A DNA stretch of 63,307 bases, the filler included, from Catajapyx aquilonaris (Eukaryota), in NCBI GenBank assembly GCA_000934665.2. It is 4 parts of 4 records of this genome, joined end to end, with 100 filler letters (N's around TTAATTAATTAA, not from the genome) between each part and the next. Parts side by side here need not be neighbours in the genome. Positions count along the whole stretch, not along the records: positions 47,581 to 63,307 come from JYFJ02007410.1; 3 more parts are not named here. One strand, 5' to 3'. Made by a program: the position numbers and the translations under genes. Below, one piece after another: positions 48,594-61,440 of this stretch (its first letter is position 1; each line of letters begins with the position of its first letter). Under the pieces are notes generated by a model. That model did no database searches. It was not told where the DNA came from and was given only the letters and a program-made list of their open reading frames with translations.

Positions 48594-49396
48594 GTCAGCT
48601 GGTCAGCTTTGGCCGGTGAATTTTTATCATGTTAATTTTGTGGGGGAAGGAAAATATGGTGATGTAACCCAGCCATGCAATATGTTTTACTAGGGCCTTA
48701 TTACACTTCATGGCTTAAATCCTGCGGCCATATAGGATTGACTCGCTTTGCCTATAAAAGTGTGCTCTTGTTGTTATTGAGAAGTGTTTTTATTTCAGAG
48801 GTAGCTCTGTACTCATGGGAATACACTGCCCAAATTCTCAGTCAGGAGAAACGTTGTGGATTGTTCCTGAAGTGACATTAAATCATTGTCGAGGTTATTA
48901 TTTTAAACTGGTATCTGGAGAAAACAATCTGTAACCTTCTTGCCCTGGGCTGTGCACCACCTTGCGAAAACACTGAAGCCGCACTCAACTCAATATTTGA
49001 GTCAATAAAAGTCAGTCGCAGAGTTCTTTGCAATACAGCCAGAACTCCTCTCCCAGATCACCAAACCCTCTCTTGTAATCTGCCCATCCTCGGTCGAAGT
49101 CCACGTGAGGATCACCGTCGTCTCATCTTTGTACAACTGTCCAACCTCCCCCATAGCAAATATGAAGCACAAAAATAATAACATTAATATTTTCATCCAA
49201 CACACGGAATACACAAGCAATGATCTGTTTTCATACCAGATTCGGTGGGACAGACAGTTACGTTGTTCATAATATCAATCACCAATGAGGTGATGTAGTT
49301 TACTGCATGACTGGAGTAAATTGCACATATTTTGAAGAAATCATTAGGCCCACATAATTCCTCACTGTTTTTCTGAACACACACAGCTTCATATTC

Positions 49397-49869
49397 TAAC
49401 ATATTGTGAAAGGATGACTGGGATGACATCAGGATTATTTTACCTTCACTACATTGGTGGCAATAAAAGCAGTTGGGTAGACACGGGGTTCCTCACTTAC
49501 CTCAATTCTTCTTTTAATGATTTTATGCCCTCTTTTGATGATTTCATCCCCTCTTTTAGTGATAACACTTCCCCCTTGATGTCGCTCATTTCTGGTGCTG
49601 CACAATGAAAAAAGCAAGATAAAAAAAAATAGACTTGATAAATATCCATCTGCCCTTTATTACCTGCTGGAGCAAATCCATCCTCCACAGCTCTCATCAA
49701 AGATTGTATGGCCTGTTCCAGTCTGTCTATCTGACTGGTTGACTGTATGGACAGTATGAGGAATAATTTCGGGAGCATTGTTTGTCAGGACCAGGGAATG
49801 ATTGACCCCTGACAGGAATAGAAGGGTGGCCAACAAATAGAGACCAAAATTGCTGGTGTTGGCCATCAT
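49397..49869 (-). pseudogene. Small spliced coiled-coil gene or pseudogene of unknown family
   Basis: TATAAG ~49978-49983. A signal-peptide-like frame shifts into QIDRLEQAIQSL. Phase-compatible GT-AG intron 49598-49663, then a heptad exon 49501-49597. Confidence 0.35.
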
Positions 49870-51082
49870 ATCTCGGAGGATGCTGCACTCGACTGAATCA
49901 GACGACTCCTTTCTCCTCAATCCTGTGGGGCGTGCCCACATGCGATTTTAAATTGTGCAAATTTTGGTGTCATTTTGCTTATAGACGTAACAAATTCTGT
50001 GAATGAACAACAGAACCAAATGGTTTTCGATTCTCCAATATTAAACATTCGACCCCACACCCCCGTTCCTACGGAATCCAATCAGTTGCATATCATTACA
50101 AATGTTATGTGTGATTGATGTAATACCTTGAATAAGGGAAGGAATCCGGGTCTAATCTGTGCAGTAGAGTGACATAATCTGCCTGTAGGTTAGGAAAGAC
50201 TGCGTGTGATTGCAGGTGTATATTTTATAGTTCTTAATATTTTGTACTGTACCTATGTATGTGCATTGTTTGCATCATCAGAATACCCATCAAAATAAAT
50301 TTTGACACGAATGTTTTACTTAAATGAAGTTCATTTACCCGAACGAAACAAGCTAGATAAATTGATTGATGTATGATTGTTCGCCTCAGCTTTCAGTCCC
50401 TTTCACATTCTGAATAGTCAACAGGAAAAATAATAATACCCTGCCCACCAAGCGTATGACACAATGTAATCGACAATGATGCCTAACTGCACTCATCGTT
50501 ACATCACTTTACTGTCCCTCATAAATCTGGTCCATTCATTTCCCATCGTAAACGTTTCCCAAGTTCTAGTTATACTAGAACTAGTTCTAGTTACAGTCAG
50601 CTTTGTTGTTCTCTCAAAGTGCTCCTGCTCAAGTCCTTTCTCCTAACGTTTGTACTAACCTTGGACAACTTCCAATCGTCTTTGGTCCTACACTACATTG
50701 GGATTGGGAGGACAGTCTCCTTTGGTGGGCATTTGATTATTTTTGCTTAATACGGTGCATTAAAAGGGGCATTCAATGATGAGGTGCCCATTGGCCTGTT
50801 GGCTGGGATGGCCCTTTAAAGATCTGATATTGTTGTTGTTGTTCACCTTCATGAATTATTCCACTTCCCCTCCCCTATGGTACTCATGGAGTGTACAGTG
50901 ACACTGACAGTCTACACATTTAACTTCTCCATGGTCCCGAATAAAATAATAATAATCAGGAATAAAAGACTCCCGACGTGTGCATTTCATCACTATATTC
51001 TATATACGCATGTTTTGCAGCGTGCAATGCAACTGAATGGCCCTATGGAACCAAAGCCCAAGTCCAGTCCAACCCCGTACAG

Positions 51083-51510
51083 GTCTGGACAACATCCACG
51101 GACTGACCAGTGACCCTTCCACTCCTATGAGACTCTAGGTGGACCTGGAGGATTGGGAGTGGGAGAAGAGGGTCACCTTGTACAACACTTTCATGGACGG
51201 AGGAGAAAAGGAGAAGTACATCCTCGCTGTGGGAGGATACAGGAAGGGACCAGGAGGAGATCCAGGGAACTTCGCCTTCCACACAATGGCAGTGCCTTCT
51301 CCACAAAAGACCAGGACAACGATGGTTGAAGTGGAGGGAACTGCGCAGAGTATTACACAGGTGGCTGGTGGTACTATGCATGCCACCATTCCAATCTGAA
51401 AGGACTTTATCGCAAGGGAGAGCACAGCCAATTGTATCAAGGTGTCTCAGTTTCAGAAATCATAAAGCTACTCTCTGAAAAGAGCTGCCATGAAGGTCAG
51501 ACCCAGATAA
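51083..51510 (+). pseudogene. Fibrinogen-related domain (FReD) terminal exon, disabled
   Basis: GLDNIHGLT...MRL*VDLEDWE...EKEKYIL.VGGY / HNGSAFSTKDQDND...[23 protein letters not shown] / YSLK...MKVRP*. Contains stops and frameshifts. Confidence 0.9.
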
Positions 51511-52782
51511 ATGACCAGTAATGACTCTTTGCACTGGTCACCCTGTAATATTCATCACCTTCACCCTTGCGATTGAGGATGAAAATCGACTTCATCGTCG
51601 ACAAAGTTGCATTACAGACTATTTCTAGAGCGTAAGTAAAAATACTACTGTACAGTGACAAGGTTAGTAAACTACTGTATCATACTGCACCATTCTGTTA
51701 TAACCCATAAAACGGGTTTCATCTCTATAAAAGCAATAAACAATACACTATACACATTACACGACATACTGCATGTGTTTAATTTGTGTGGGTGCTGTTT
51801 TCCCCACCATATTCGACAAGTCAAAATTTTTTCTCAGTCCCATGGTGGTTCGAGTTATTGGGATTTCACTGTATGTTATTTATTAATTTATAGCAGCAAA
51901 CCCGTGTGTAGTGTCGGGTACATTATTTGGAACTTGGTGTCAGTCCACGTACGCAGAAGTGATCGAAAGCGGAGGGATAATAATTATCAAATATCCTTAT
52001 GGGGAGCCTTGGGAGCCCGTTTGTAAGTACAGGCGCAGTAAATCATCATGCAATAAGTCAGTAGGCCATTATCAACACCAGGCTACCCAGAGGCTACCTA
52101 TGGTTTAAAAGTAGTTGCTGGAGTAAACAATCCTCCTATACCAACACGAAATGCGAATCTGAGATGACTTATTGTGAGACACCTTGTTGTTGGCCTTTCT
52201 CATTGGTAGTTTACATTGAAGTATATTAATTTAATTTAATTTTTTTAAGGGTGGGTGTCTGGTTAAATCAGTGGAAGGTTGGGAAAGAGGCAATGAGAAG
52301 GATTAGTTAGGGGCTGAAGAGCAGACTGTGCATTATTTTACAGGTATAGGCCAATGACAGACTCAGGAGATAAATATATGGTCGGCTTCCACAATAGTTT
52401 ATCTCCAGCAGTGAGGTCAGCAGCACCAAGCCGACTGCAGAGGTCAACAGTGACTGAGCAGGCCGGACCATGTGTTAGGATGTACTCCAGTCCCCACCAT
52501 ACTTCACATAGTGCCAACAGGGGTAAGTAGGTCACCTACCTTTTATTGTATAGTCTGAGGACCTGCAACTCACCCCCAAAAAAAGTTCAGAGAAACTTTG
52601 GGACACGCACAGTTGGATGAAACTGATGGATAAGTGAGGAGGTGATAATTAATTATGGAGAATTTTGGGATTATGTAATTTCCAGTGAAGGAAAAATTTT
52701 ATTTCATGGTAGTGAGGTAACTGCCAATTTTGAAAATGCTCAATGGTTGCTGTAATCGAGGAGACTTCTGGTCGGTGGTCAC

Positions 52783-54276
52783 TCACTCCGGGCTGCTAGT
52801 GGATGCATTCCCCTCTTGTCTTTCTGCTGGTTAAAACACAACAATAAGCACATTGTTGGAATATGTCATGCGCCCTGTCACAAAACCACTTATTATTGTA
52901 TAGCTACATTACTTCTTGAAAAGGGAAATATTGAAAACTTGTTTTTTTTTTCTTCACAATATACTAATATTCAAACTTATTAAGTGTATGAATGGCACAA
53001 CTGGTCTGCATGGTGTGCAGGACTACTATTACCTTGTCCAGGGCAATTTTGAATCAGGTGGTCAGTCAAGCACTGCAGCTTCCTGTCCAGTATGGTCATC
53101 TCCATCCTGACCACATCGCGATTGGCCGGGCCAATTGCTTCCATCACCTGGTCTTGTGACACCACTGCTGGTGTGAAGGGCAGGGCGGTCAAGGTCGTAG
53201 TGACCAGGGCAATATTTTTGGCTGCCTTGTCCAGCCTGTTCGTCAGGACAGTGACCAGCTCCTCTACAGATGGCACCACCATGCTTATGTCCATCTCGCT
53301 CATTGTCTCTGTAGCTTCTGGATGACTATGGGGCATCATCTTTGCCGCATCCTTCATCCTCTGCAAGGACACTTCTCCCATCTGGATGATGGACTCGGAG
53401 TAGAAGGTGTGCAAATTATCACTGTCCACCGCCGCTGCCTCTTTTGTGTTGGACTGACCCTCTCTCATGGTGGTGTGCAGCTGACCGCACAGGTCCATGT
53501 TGTAGTCCACCAGTTTGTCCAGTTTGTCAAACTTGGATGTCAGATACACCTTCATGTCCTCCAGTTGGTAGCACAGGTTTTGTAGCGTCACCTGAGTCTG
53601 GTCACTGATAGAGTCATCAGACTCATCAGAATCTGTTAAAATAATAATTGAACAATAGTCAGCCTATTTTTAAAATAGTTTTATATGATTTGATTTGATT
53701 TTTACATATTTATTCATTATTTTATTTTATTGGTTTGTTTTTATTTATTTATTATTTTATTATTTTATTAAGGACGATTTATTTTGTTTATTATTTGCTT
53801 TCATTCATTATTTATAGGCTATTTATATTTATTTAGTTTATATTATTTTCTTTCATTCATTATTTCTTTTCGTCTATTTTTGTATTTTTGTGCTGTTACA
53901 TTAAGAATAATTAGATATTACCATCACGTTCTTGCACAACATTATTTTGCTGATCTCTGGCATCCGACATGAGCTTCTCAAGTTTGGCCATCTGCTTGTC
54001 AGTCATCTGTGTAATCTGCATGTGCAAAATGTCTCGGACGGTTGTGATGTCACGAATGGTCATGTTGAGCTCATCCTCTTGCACGGCCAGGTTGCACAGG
54101 AGCGTACTCGCCATGTCCTCCATCATCATGATCATCCTCTCCACTTGCTTGTCGAGTGAAATCATCATTCTGGTGAAGTTCACCTGTGTGTGTAGCATCC
54201 ATTCTTGCATCTGGGCTTTTAATACGTCGATCGACTTTGGCAGCAGTTCAAAGCTCACTGGCGGGTCAGGAGCCAT
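52783..54276 (-). CDS. Intact 3-exon orphan gene, ~331-aa Met-rich predicted coiled-coil protein (exons 54276-53922, 53632-53033, 52823-52783)
   Basis: TATAAAA at 54354-54360. Two phase-1 GT-AG introns join the ORFs in frame. TGA at 52783 and AATAAA at ~52700. GC-rich exons contrast with AT-rich introns. Confidence 0.75.
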
Positions 54277-57200
54277 GATCGATGGTTACTTCCTCGGCAG
54301 GGATGATGTCCAACCACAGCAACTGGCGTACCTTGCGTGATTTTTACCAGAATTTTTATAAGAATAAACATGTAGAAACATATCCATGGAAAACTGTCAA
54401 TACAGTCAACAATATTAGTGAGATAAAAAGGAAGTAAGCGTTCGAGTGGAACAGCTGTAATTTTATTAATAGGTCTATTATTGGACTGTAACTGGATCAG
54501 GAAGTTTCTGAAAAACTGTGAGACATCATATGGCTTTTATGAGCTGTATATTTTCGTGACAAACCAGCTGGATTGACCAGATGTGCCACAACGTGTGTTT
54601 ATGATAAGAGATATTCCAGTTCTTCTATGAAGACCTCCCACCATTCATATTCCTGTTAAAAGGGAAAGGTTGAAAGCAATACTCAGTGGATAACTTGACA
54701 GAAAATACAGGCTTTTATTTAATATGTGACAAAACTTAAAAACAATAAATCTCCTAGCTTCTGCAAACATTAAATGGTCTACTGAAGAATAGTATACAAT
54801 AGTTTGTAGTCGTAATGAAGACTGAACACTGCATACACTTGTACGAGCAAATATAATATAATAATAATAAAACAACAAAACATAATTGAAAAAACACATG
54901 GTGTGCGAGAGACATGCATTGCAAAAATAATGCATTTTCAGACACCAGGAGAATTCAACACACAATTATTCATGACCTCATAAGCAGATTGTTTGCGGGA
55001 TACGCAACAGTAAGTCTAGATATTCTGGATATACCTATTTATATATATATTATGTATATACTGTATATATATGCCTTGGAGGGAATATTAAACTATTTTA
55101 CAATAATACATGCAGATAATCAGTCCTACAAAGTTTTTTTTTTCAATCATTAGGGTACATTTGACCTAATACCTATTGATAGATTCCATATTAATTATTA
55201 ACAGGTACACAAATCCGCTACACACTAATAAAAAAAAAGAAATCGCACATACAACAAATTTGCCATCTAAACACATCATAATATATATAAATGTATATGA
55301 TTACATGAATGTACCATGCTTTCAAACATTCAATCCCATCATCTTGGACACTTGGAAAAAAAAATGATATTTCTTTCATTGCACCTGCTGCGTTACCAAT
55401 TCACCCACAACCGATCCAAATTTTGGATCCCATCAATGAGCATTTCCCAACCGTTTTTAAATTGCAGTCTATCATTTGAAATATCAGGTACATTCAAAGG
55501 AACTCTTGTCCCTTTCTTTTCTTTCTTTTCTCTCTCTTCACATAATTATTTATCACTTCCTTTGCTCTGTAAACCAGTGGTTAGACTACACATGACCACA
55601 CCAAAATTCAATACAACTTATTCCCTCCCCCTTTCAAAAAAAAAAAAAAAAACATTTGGGAAATAAAACTTAGGGAGTTAAAGGCTTTGCATGCATGCAT
55701 GTAATTCATAGCTGACGCAGTTATTTTTCTAAAGGGCCAAGGGGCATGGTAATGCCATTCAAAATATACGCCCTAAGACATCGTTAACATCGTTAACAAA
55801 CTACAGAACAGCAGTGATTTGTGGCAGAAGGGCTTTTGCAAAAAGTCACAATCCTGTCACAGACACTGGCCAAAAACACTGAATTACACTGCTATTAAAC
55901 TACACAATCGCTGATTTATTCCCTTAGTTTTTCCTTATTATTACCCAAAAAGGATTGGAAAATGTTGCATTTCAAGCTGCACTTTTTTTTGGGCAAATAA
56001 ACTGCTGTGTCATTGTCTCTTGTAAACACACACTTGTGACGGTAATAAAAAACTGGAAAAATGGCACTAAAGGAATTTGAGTATTTCGTATAACTTGACA
56101 AAAAAAAACTTTCTTTTTTTTGTTATAAAATGCCATGTACTGGCAACAGTTTTCCCAGCAACATACTCATATGTGCACTGTCCCAAAAGTTTTTACTATA
56201 CTGGAGGGCACACAGGGAAGAATAGTAAAACTTGAATTGATGAAAAATGGGCACTTTGTATTCAGTTGTCAAAATTTTACAAGCGCCCAAAGCTCCAGGT
56301 TTATTCTGCATTGGCATTAAAAATGCATCGTTGACTAATAATTCGCTTTTTCCCTTGGCACTAGCACAGCAGTAAGAAAGCGCATACTTTTGAGACACTC
56401 CGCATAGGGAAAGAGGTGAGCTACCTTAATACTATCATGCAACAAAGACCGTTCTAATTGGTCTCTAGAAACATTTTCCAAACCCGAAAGGAGCATGTTG
56501 GATTCGTTTCAAAAAAGAATTTTCTGAAGCAAGTGAAAAATTGAAAATCAACCACATTATTATACATCCATCGATATAATCCCAACCAAGTAAACCCAAC
56601 ACTAGAGCAAATATCACAGTGATGTATTGAAAGAGTCCTGAGATGCACAGGATTGGGAAGATAAAAGAAAATAATAAAAATAAAATTGAACTCGATAGGT
56701 TAGCAAAAAAAAAAAAAGTTAGTCTTAATCAACTTCTGGATCTAGGAACCGCTGAGTTGACTCCCAAATTAAACACGTTAAATTGCTCTGCATATACAGT
56801 TAGATTCTTGCCCATTTTTTATACACCACGCTTTTAAAGCTTTCCAACAAATGCTGCACGAGTGTGCGGCGCAACAAACTACAAATAAAAAATTGTAATC
56901 TGCATAATTCCATTTCCCAATATGGCAAACAGAAAATCATAGAAACAATAATAATTTTTTTCTTTTTAAAAAAAAAAATAAGAGCAACTTAACAATCAGG
57001 ACCTTTTTTTCCATTTTTGCTCTTTTTGGTCTCCTTAACATTTGGTATTTCATTGTACTGTATGGTTTGTTTCATTTATAAAGTGAAAACAAAACTTCCG
57101 ATACAAGACCATACGCAATGGCCATCTCACCATTTCGCTTGCTTTTCACTATGGTTTGAAGACGTGAAAAAATTTTGAGTCGCAATTGTCAAGCCATTTT

Positions 57201-57750
57201 AAATGCAATTACAAGCTGCTGTCGGGAAAGTTACCTTGACTGGTGATGCCAACTGGCAGATGTTGGCACTGATTTTTGTTGTTAAAAAGACAAAATGCAA
57301 CCGTCGGGAAAGACTTGAGGTGTTTATGATAAAATCTGTGCATCAGTTGGCATTTCCAGTCCGGACAAAAAAAAAACACAATTCTACTTCTTCCTCACTT
57401 AAAAAATTCGTTAACAATGTAGTCCACCTAACATGTAAAATGGGCTATTGTTACAATAACACGGTGGAAAAAAGGTGGGGCTCGATAAAAGTGGTGTGGA
57501 AAATATTTCCCTAAACTGATGCAAAAAGTGTACTGGGTGCATTTACTGGTCCCCACCTGATTTCACACTACAAATAGGAGGGTGCAGGCTCATGCTGAAG
57601 CCTGTCTTGTGGCTTTCTACAGCCGGCCTGCCACCAAACAAGTTTTCGCAAACTTGACAACAGCCAGGTTTACTTATCCAGTAAACATACTCTGGCTTCT
57701 CCCTCGTCAAGTATGGATAGATTTCTCAATAAGAGTGTCAGCTGCCTAAC

Positions 57751-60700
57751 TCATATCCCAGGCGGATTGCTCTTGTGCTTGGAGAGCAGGGCCTCCAAGA
57801 GTCGCAGCTTGGCCTTCACCTGCTTGTATAGCTGGTACGTGTGCTCCATTGGGGCCTTGTCGTCTCGTTTAACTTTCCTGCCCGTGAGGCGCTGGAAGTC
57901 ATCCTCGAATTCTTGGAGGGAGCGGCGGAGTTTCTTCTTTTCCTCTCGCACTGTCCTCTGCTGCTCTAGGAGCTCCTCTCTGCAAAATGATGCCATGTTA
58001 ATATTACAACTTAAAGCTTCAATCTTTTGAAATGTCAAAAGCCTGAGCGTAATCACTTTTTGGCAGTTACATGCAGCAATAAAATATTCAAATACCAATT
58101 GACAGCCTAAAGTACTTAGTTCCGAAATGTAGTAATAGGCAGAATGGTCCCCATGTTTTAATCGTCAGGCTTTTACCAAAAGCATGATCCAGGTGATTTC
58201 AATACTTACAATGAGAGTTCATGCAAATTCTCTCCCAGCTCTGTGTTCACTGCAGCTTTGTATACTGGCAAGTCCATCTGCCTCTTCTGGCTCTTTTGAA
58301 CATCATCAATGGGGACAGCTGCAGTGTTTGCAACGGGATCTGTGGTGTTCCCGTCCCCCTCGGTGTCTCCCCTGCCCTGGTAAGTTGCTTGCGTAAAGTC
58401 CATTGTCACATGCTCTACTATTGTTTCCAGTCCGACCACATTCTCCTTGGACTTGGAGAGCTGCAAGAATGAAAGAGAGTTTATATTAGTAGGAGGTTCA
58501 TCACTATAACGGCATAATATTCAACATTAATTTTCCATTTGTGCAACTAATATTTTCTGTACTGTAAGGCAAAATGAGAAAGATTTGTGCTCACCAGTCC
58601 ACTCTTGAGTACCATCCTCTTGAGTGTGCGGTACCTGTCGTAGAGTGGTCTCATCAGATCTTTCTCGTCCTTGGTCACTGGCCTTCCATGTATGCTCTCA
58701 AAGTACAGTAGCCCCTTTTGCATGGCGACTTTCTCCTCCACGACCTGCTCGTGGGTCAGCTCTTCCAGCTGTTCAGGTCTGCTGGCTATCCGCCTCTTCT
58801 CTATCAGACGCTGCAAAAGTAACAAACAATGTGTGTCAGAAATGACTCAGAATTGGCCTGAAGCCACATTGCTATATTTTCATTGACTCTAAATGAAAAG
58901 TCACTGACCTTGTTGACATCTGAACAAGTATCCTCTATCTTGACCTCCTGTGCATTGATTGGAACCTCTGACTTTGGCACCCATCCTGTTGAGAGGCATC
59001 CCATGCGTGGATCCTCCTTCAGCTCTGCAAAACAGGACAACACATTTTAGCCATCTGCATGGTGCACACTGAATCTTTCAGAATAAAGGACACTTGGCAT
59101 TGTGTCAGACATTCTCGAAATGGAAGTGGACCAATCTGTCTATGGCTGAGCAGGACTCAAAGGGTTACAAAAGTGGTCAAAGTGAACTTACGTTTGAGCT
59201 CCTTCTTGGCCTTGTTCAGTTCGGACATGCACTTCTTCATCTCCTTGTTGCTGAGCTTATCAGAATGTGATGGCCTGTATCCATTCTGAGTTTCAAACTC
59301 CTCTTCTAGGAACTTGAGTTTCCTCCTGAAGCTGTTGATGGCCTTGGTCAACTTCTTGACCCGGGAAGAACCTTCGTAATGAGATGACAGATGGTCCTGC
59401 TCCAGTGGGGGGCTTGGCGGAAAGTTTGGGTCCAAGTGGGGCTTGGAAATATAGATCATGGAGTTTCGGGGAGAAAGCATCACTTGATCGTCCTCCTGGA
59501 AAGGGGCAGTGTTTGTTAGAATCATTTGCAAGCGCTCATGACGAGTACTAACTGCAGATAATTGATTGCTTCTTCCAAGAAGTTATATCCATATTTATAA
59601 CTTGATAAAAATTTTAAGTGAACGTAATATCACGCATAATCATTAAATATTTTGAATTCTGATTATTATTTTTCCATCTGTTACATAACACAAATGCCTT
59701 TCCCAATTTTACATCTCTTTTGTAATCATAATGGTGCATATGCTCATAGTTAGACATAACAGAATGTGTTTTAAAATTCTCTCCACCAATGAAAAGTAGT
59801 ATCTCAGATGCAAAGAGACATTTCCTCGAAATGATGCCAGTGCATGCTTCAAATTCTGAATGAGTTACCAAGTGGTTGTACACGAATATAACTTTCTGGT
59901 GCAACAGGTCAGGTGGGTTGCAGGCACTGTACGGAGAAGAAATTACTTACCGACACTTGTCTAGAGTATGGCCAACTCCCCCTGATGGTCTGACTGGTCA
60001 TGGGCTCATTGCCATCAACTTGCTCATGAAGAGAAGCCAGATCCAGAGGTGGAATGCAGGAGGGCTTGCGTGGGGTAGACGGACTTGCGCAAGGGCTGCC
60101 CTCCTCTTCCCTCTCCTGATTTAAAATTAAAACAACAGGGTGACAGTCAGTACATTTCTGCCAATTTCTTGCAAAGAAAGGAGGTCACTAGAACCACTGA
60201 TCATCCATGTAATTAGTGTGATGGAAGCACTTCAGCGAAAGTAATCAAATTAAACGATGTGTGCACAAGACCAATCATTGAAAATTAAAGAGGATGCAAA
60301 TTCCTTCAAACCAAGGTGCAATTTACTCAAGATATGTAATGGAGTGTTAAAATTTATTGCAGCTCATGCGGTCAGTGTGGTAAATATGCAATAAATTACC
60401 GGGTTAGTTGACTCGGATGATGAGCTGCTGCTGCTGCTTGAGCTGCTACTACTGCTGCTGCTACTACTGCTTCCAAGCTCTTCGTCAGATGCAGAGCCGT
60501 AGAATTCTGGGCTGAGCTTGTTCTCCTTGCTGGAGCGGGCATCTTGATCATCCAGCTTGTGGGCCGGTCTGTGCTTGTTGCGTGCCCTGCGGTTGCGGGA
60601 AGCCCGGGGGAAGCTGGAGAAGCGTTCAGTCTTGCGGCGGGACTCGGCTTCATACCGACTGCCTTCTTCCTTCCACTGGGATAGGGAGGGGAGTTCCTCA

Positions 60701-61440
60701 GGGGAGGTCAAGTATGATGGGGCCTGGGGGGGATTTTGCTCATGCAGAGGCAGGTTTGCTGACCTCTGGAAATTTGGGAAATATTCAGATCAGTCCATTA
60801 TTCTTGCAGTTAGTAACTCCTTAATTTCTAATCAAAGACTGTGCATTAGCAATGACATTGCAAATGTATTTTTAAAATTCTGCAATGACCCTTTTCAGCT
60901 TAGTTCTAATTATGGCTACATAATGTTTTAATATCTTCTGATAAACTGCATGGACTTTGTAAATAAGTTATAAAAGTTGGGGAATGCTATGCTTGGCTCT
61001 GTTCTAAATTTTTTTCCATATATTATCACTCACCATTGGCTGAAACTGTGAGGAATTCAATTCTTGAAGCAAAGACAGTTTGGCCCCTTTGTTCCCAAAG
61101 TCCTCGTGACTGCAGACTCGCCTCATTCCATTTTTGCTGTTCACTTCACTGTCCATCGGCCGCTCCTCAGAGCTGGACCTGGAGAGGAGGACAAATAACT
61201 TATTAAAATACTGCTATGGAAGTTTTCCATATCTCTTCAAGGCTGTAGCAGTAAAACAGCCATGTAATTAGTAGCAGTAAAAAAATGACTAAATACCTTA
61301 TGACTTTCCGGTCCTGCATTTGTGAGGTGCTCTCATGCCGCTCTTTGCGCTTACGGTCAGGATGGACATGAACATGGGGCTCAGCAGGTATCTCGCAGAA
61401 CACATGATCTGCAACTGGCCCCTTCATAGTCTCCACAGAA
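57751..61440 (-). CDS. FAM13A: FAM13-family protein, 3' exons (61440-61297, 61178-61034, 60765-60400, 60115-59951, 59495-59192, 59024-58909, 58810-58595, 58460-58210, 57979-57751). 5' part not identified in the window
   Basis: Conserved FAM13 blocks EEEFE...GYRPSHSDK, EKVAMQKGLLYFESIHGRPVTK..KDLMRPLYDRYR and EKKKLRR.L.EFED.F...TGRKV...YKQVKAKLRLLEALLSK. Canonical splice sites. Paralog assignment (A/B/C) cannot be resolved. Confidence 0.92.

Noticed and set aside
51083..54276. Coiled-coil exons plus FReD exon as one angiopoietin/FREP-like gene
   Set aside because: They are on opposite strands, and the coiled-coil gene has its own stop and poly(A) signal.
54450..57750. Short ORFs downstream of the FAM13 stop
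   Set aside because: AT-rich with homopolymer runs. Best explained as a long 3' UTR with AATAAA candidates near 54715 and 54462.
60420..60472. (CTG/CTA)n microsatellite as a separate feature
   Set aside because: It encodes a poly-Ser tract within a FAM13 exon.
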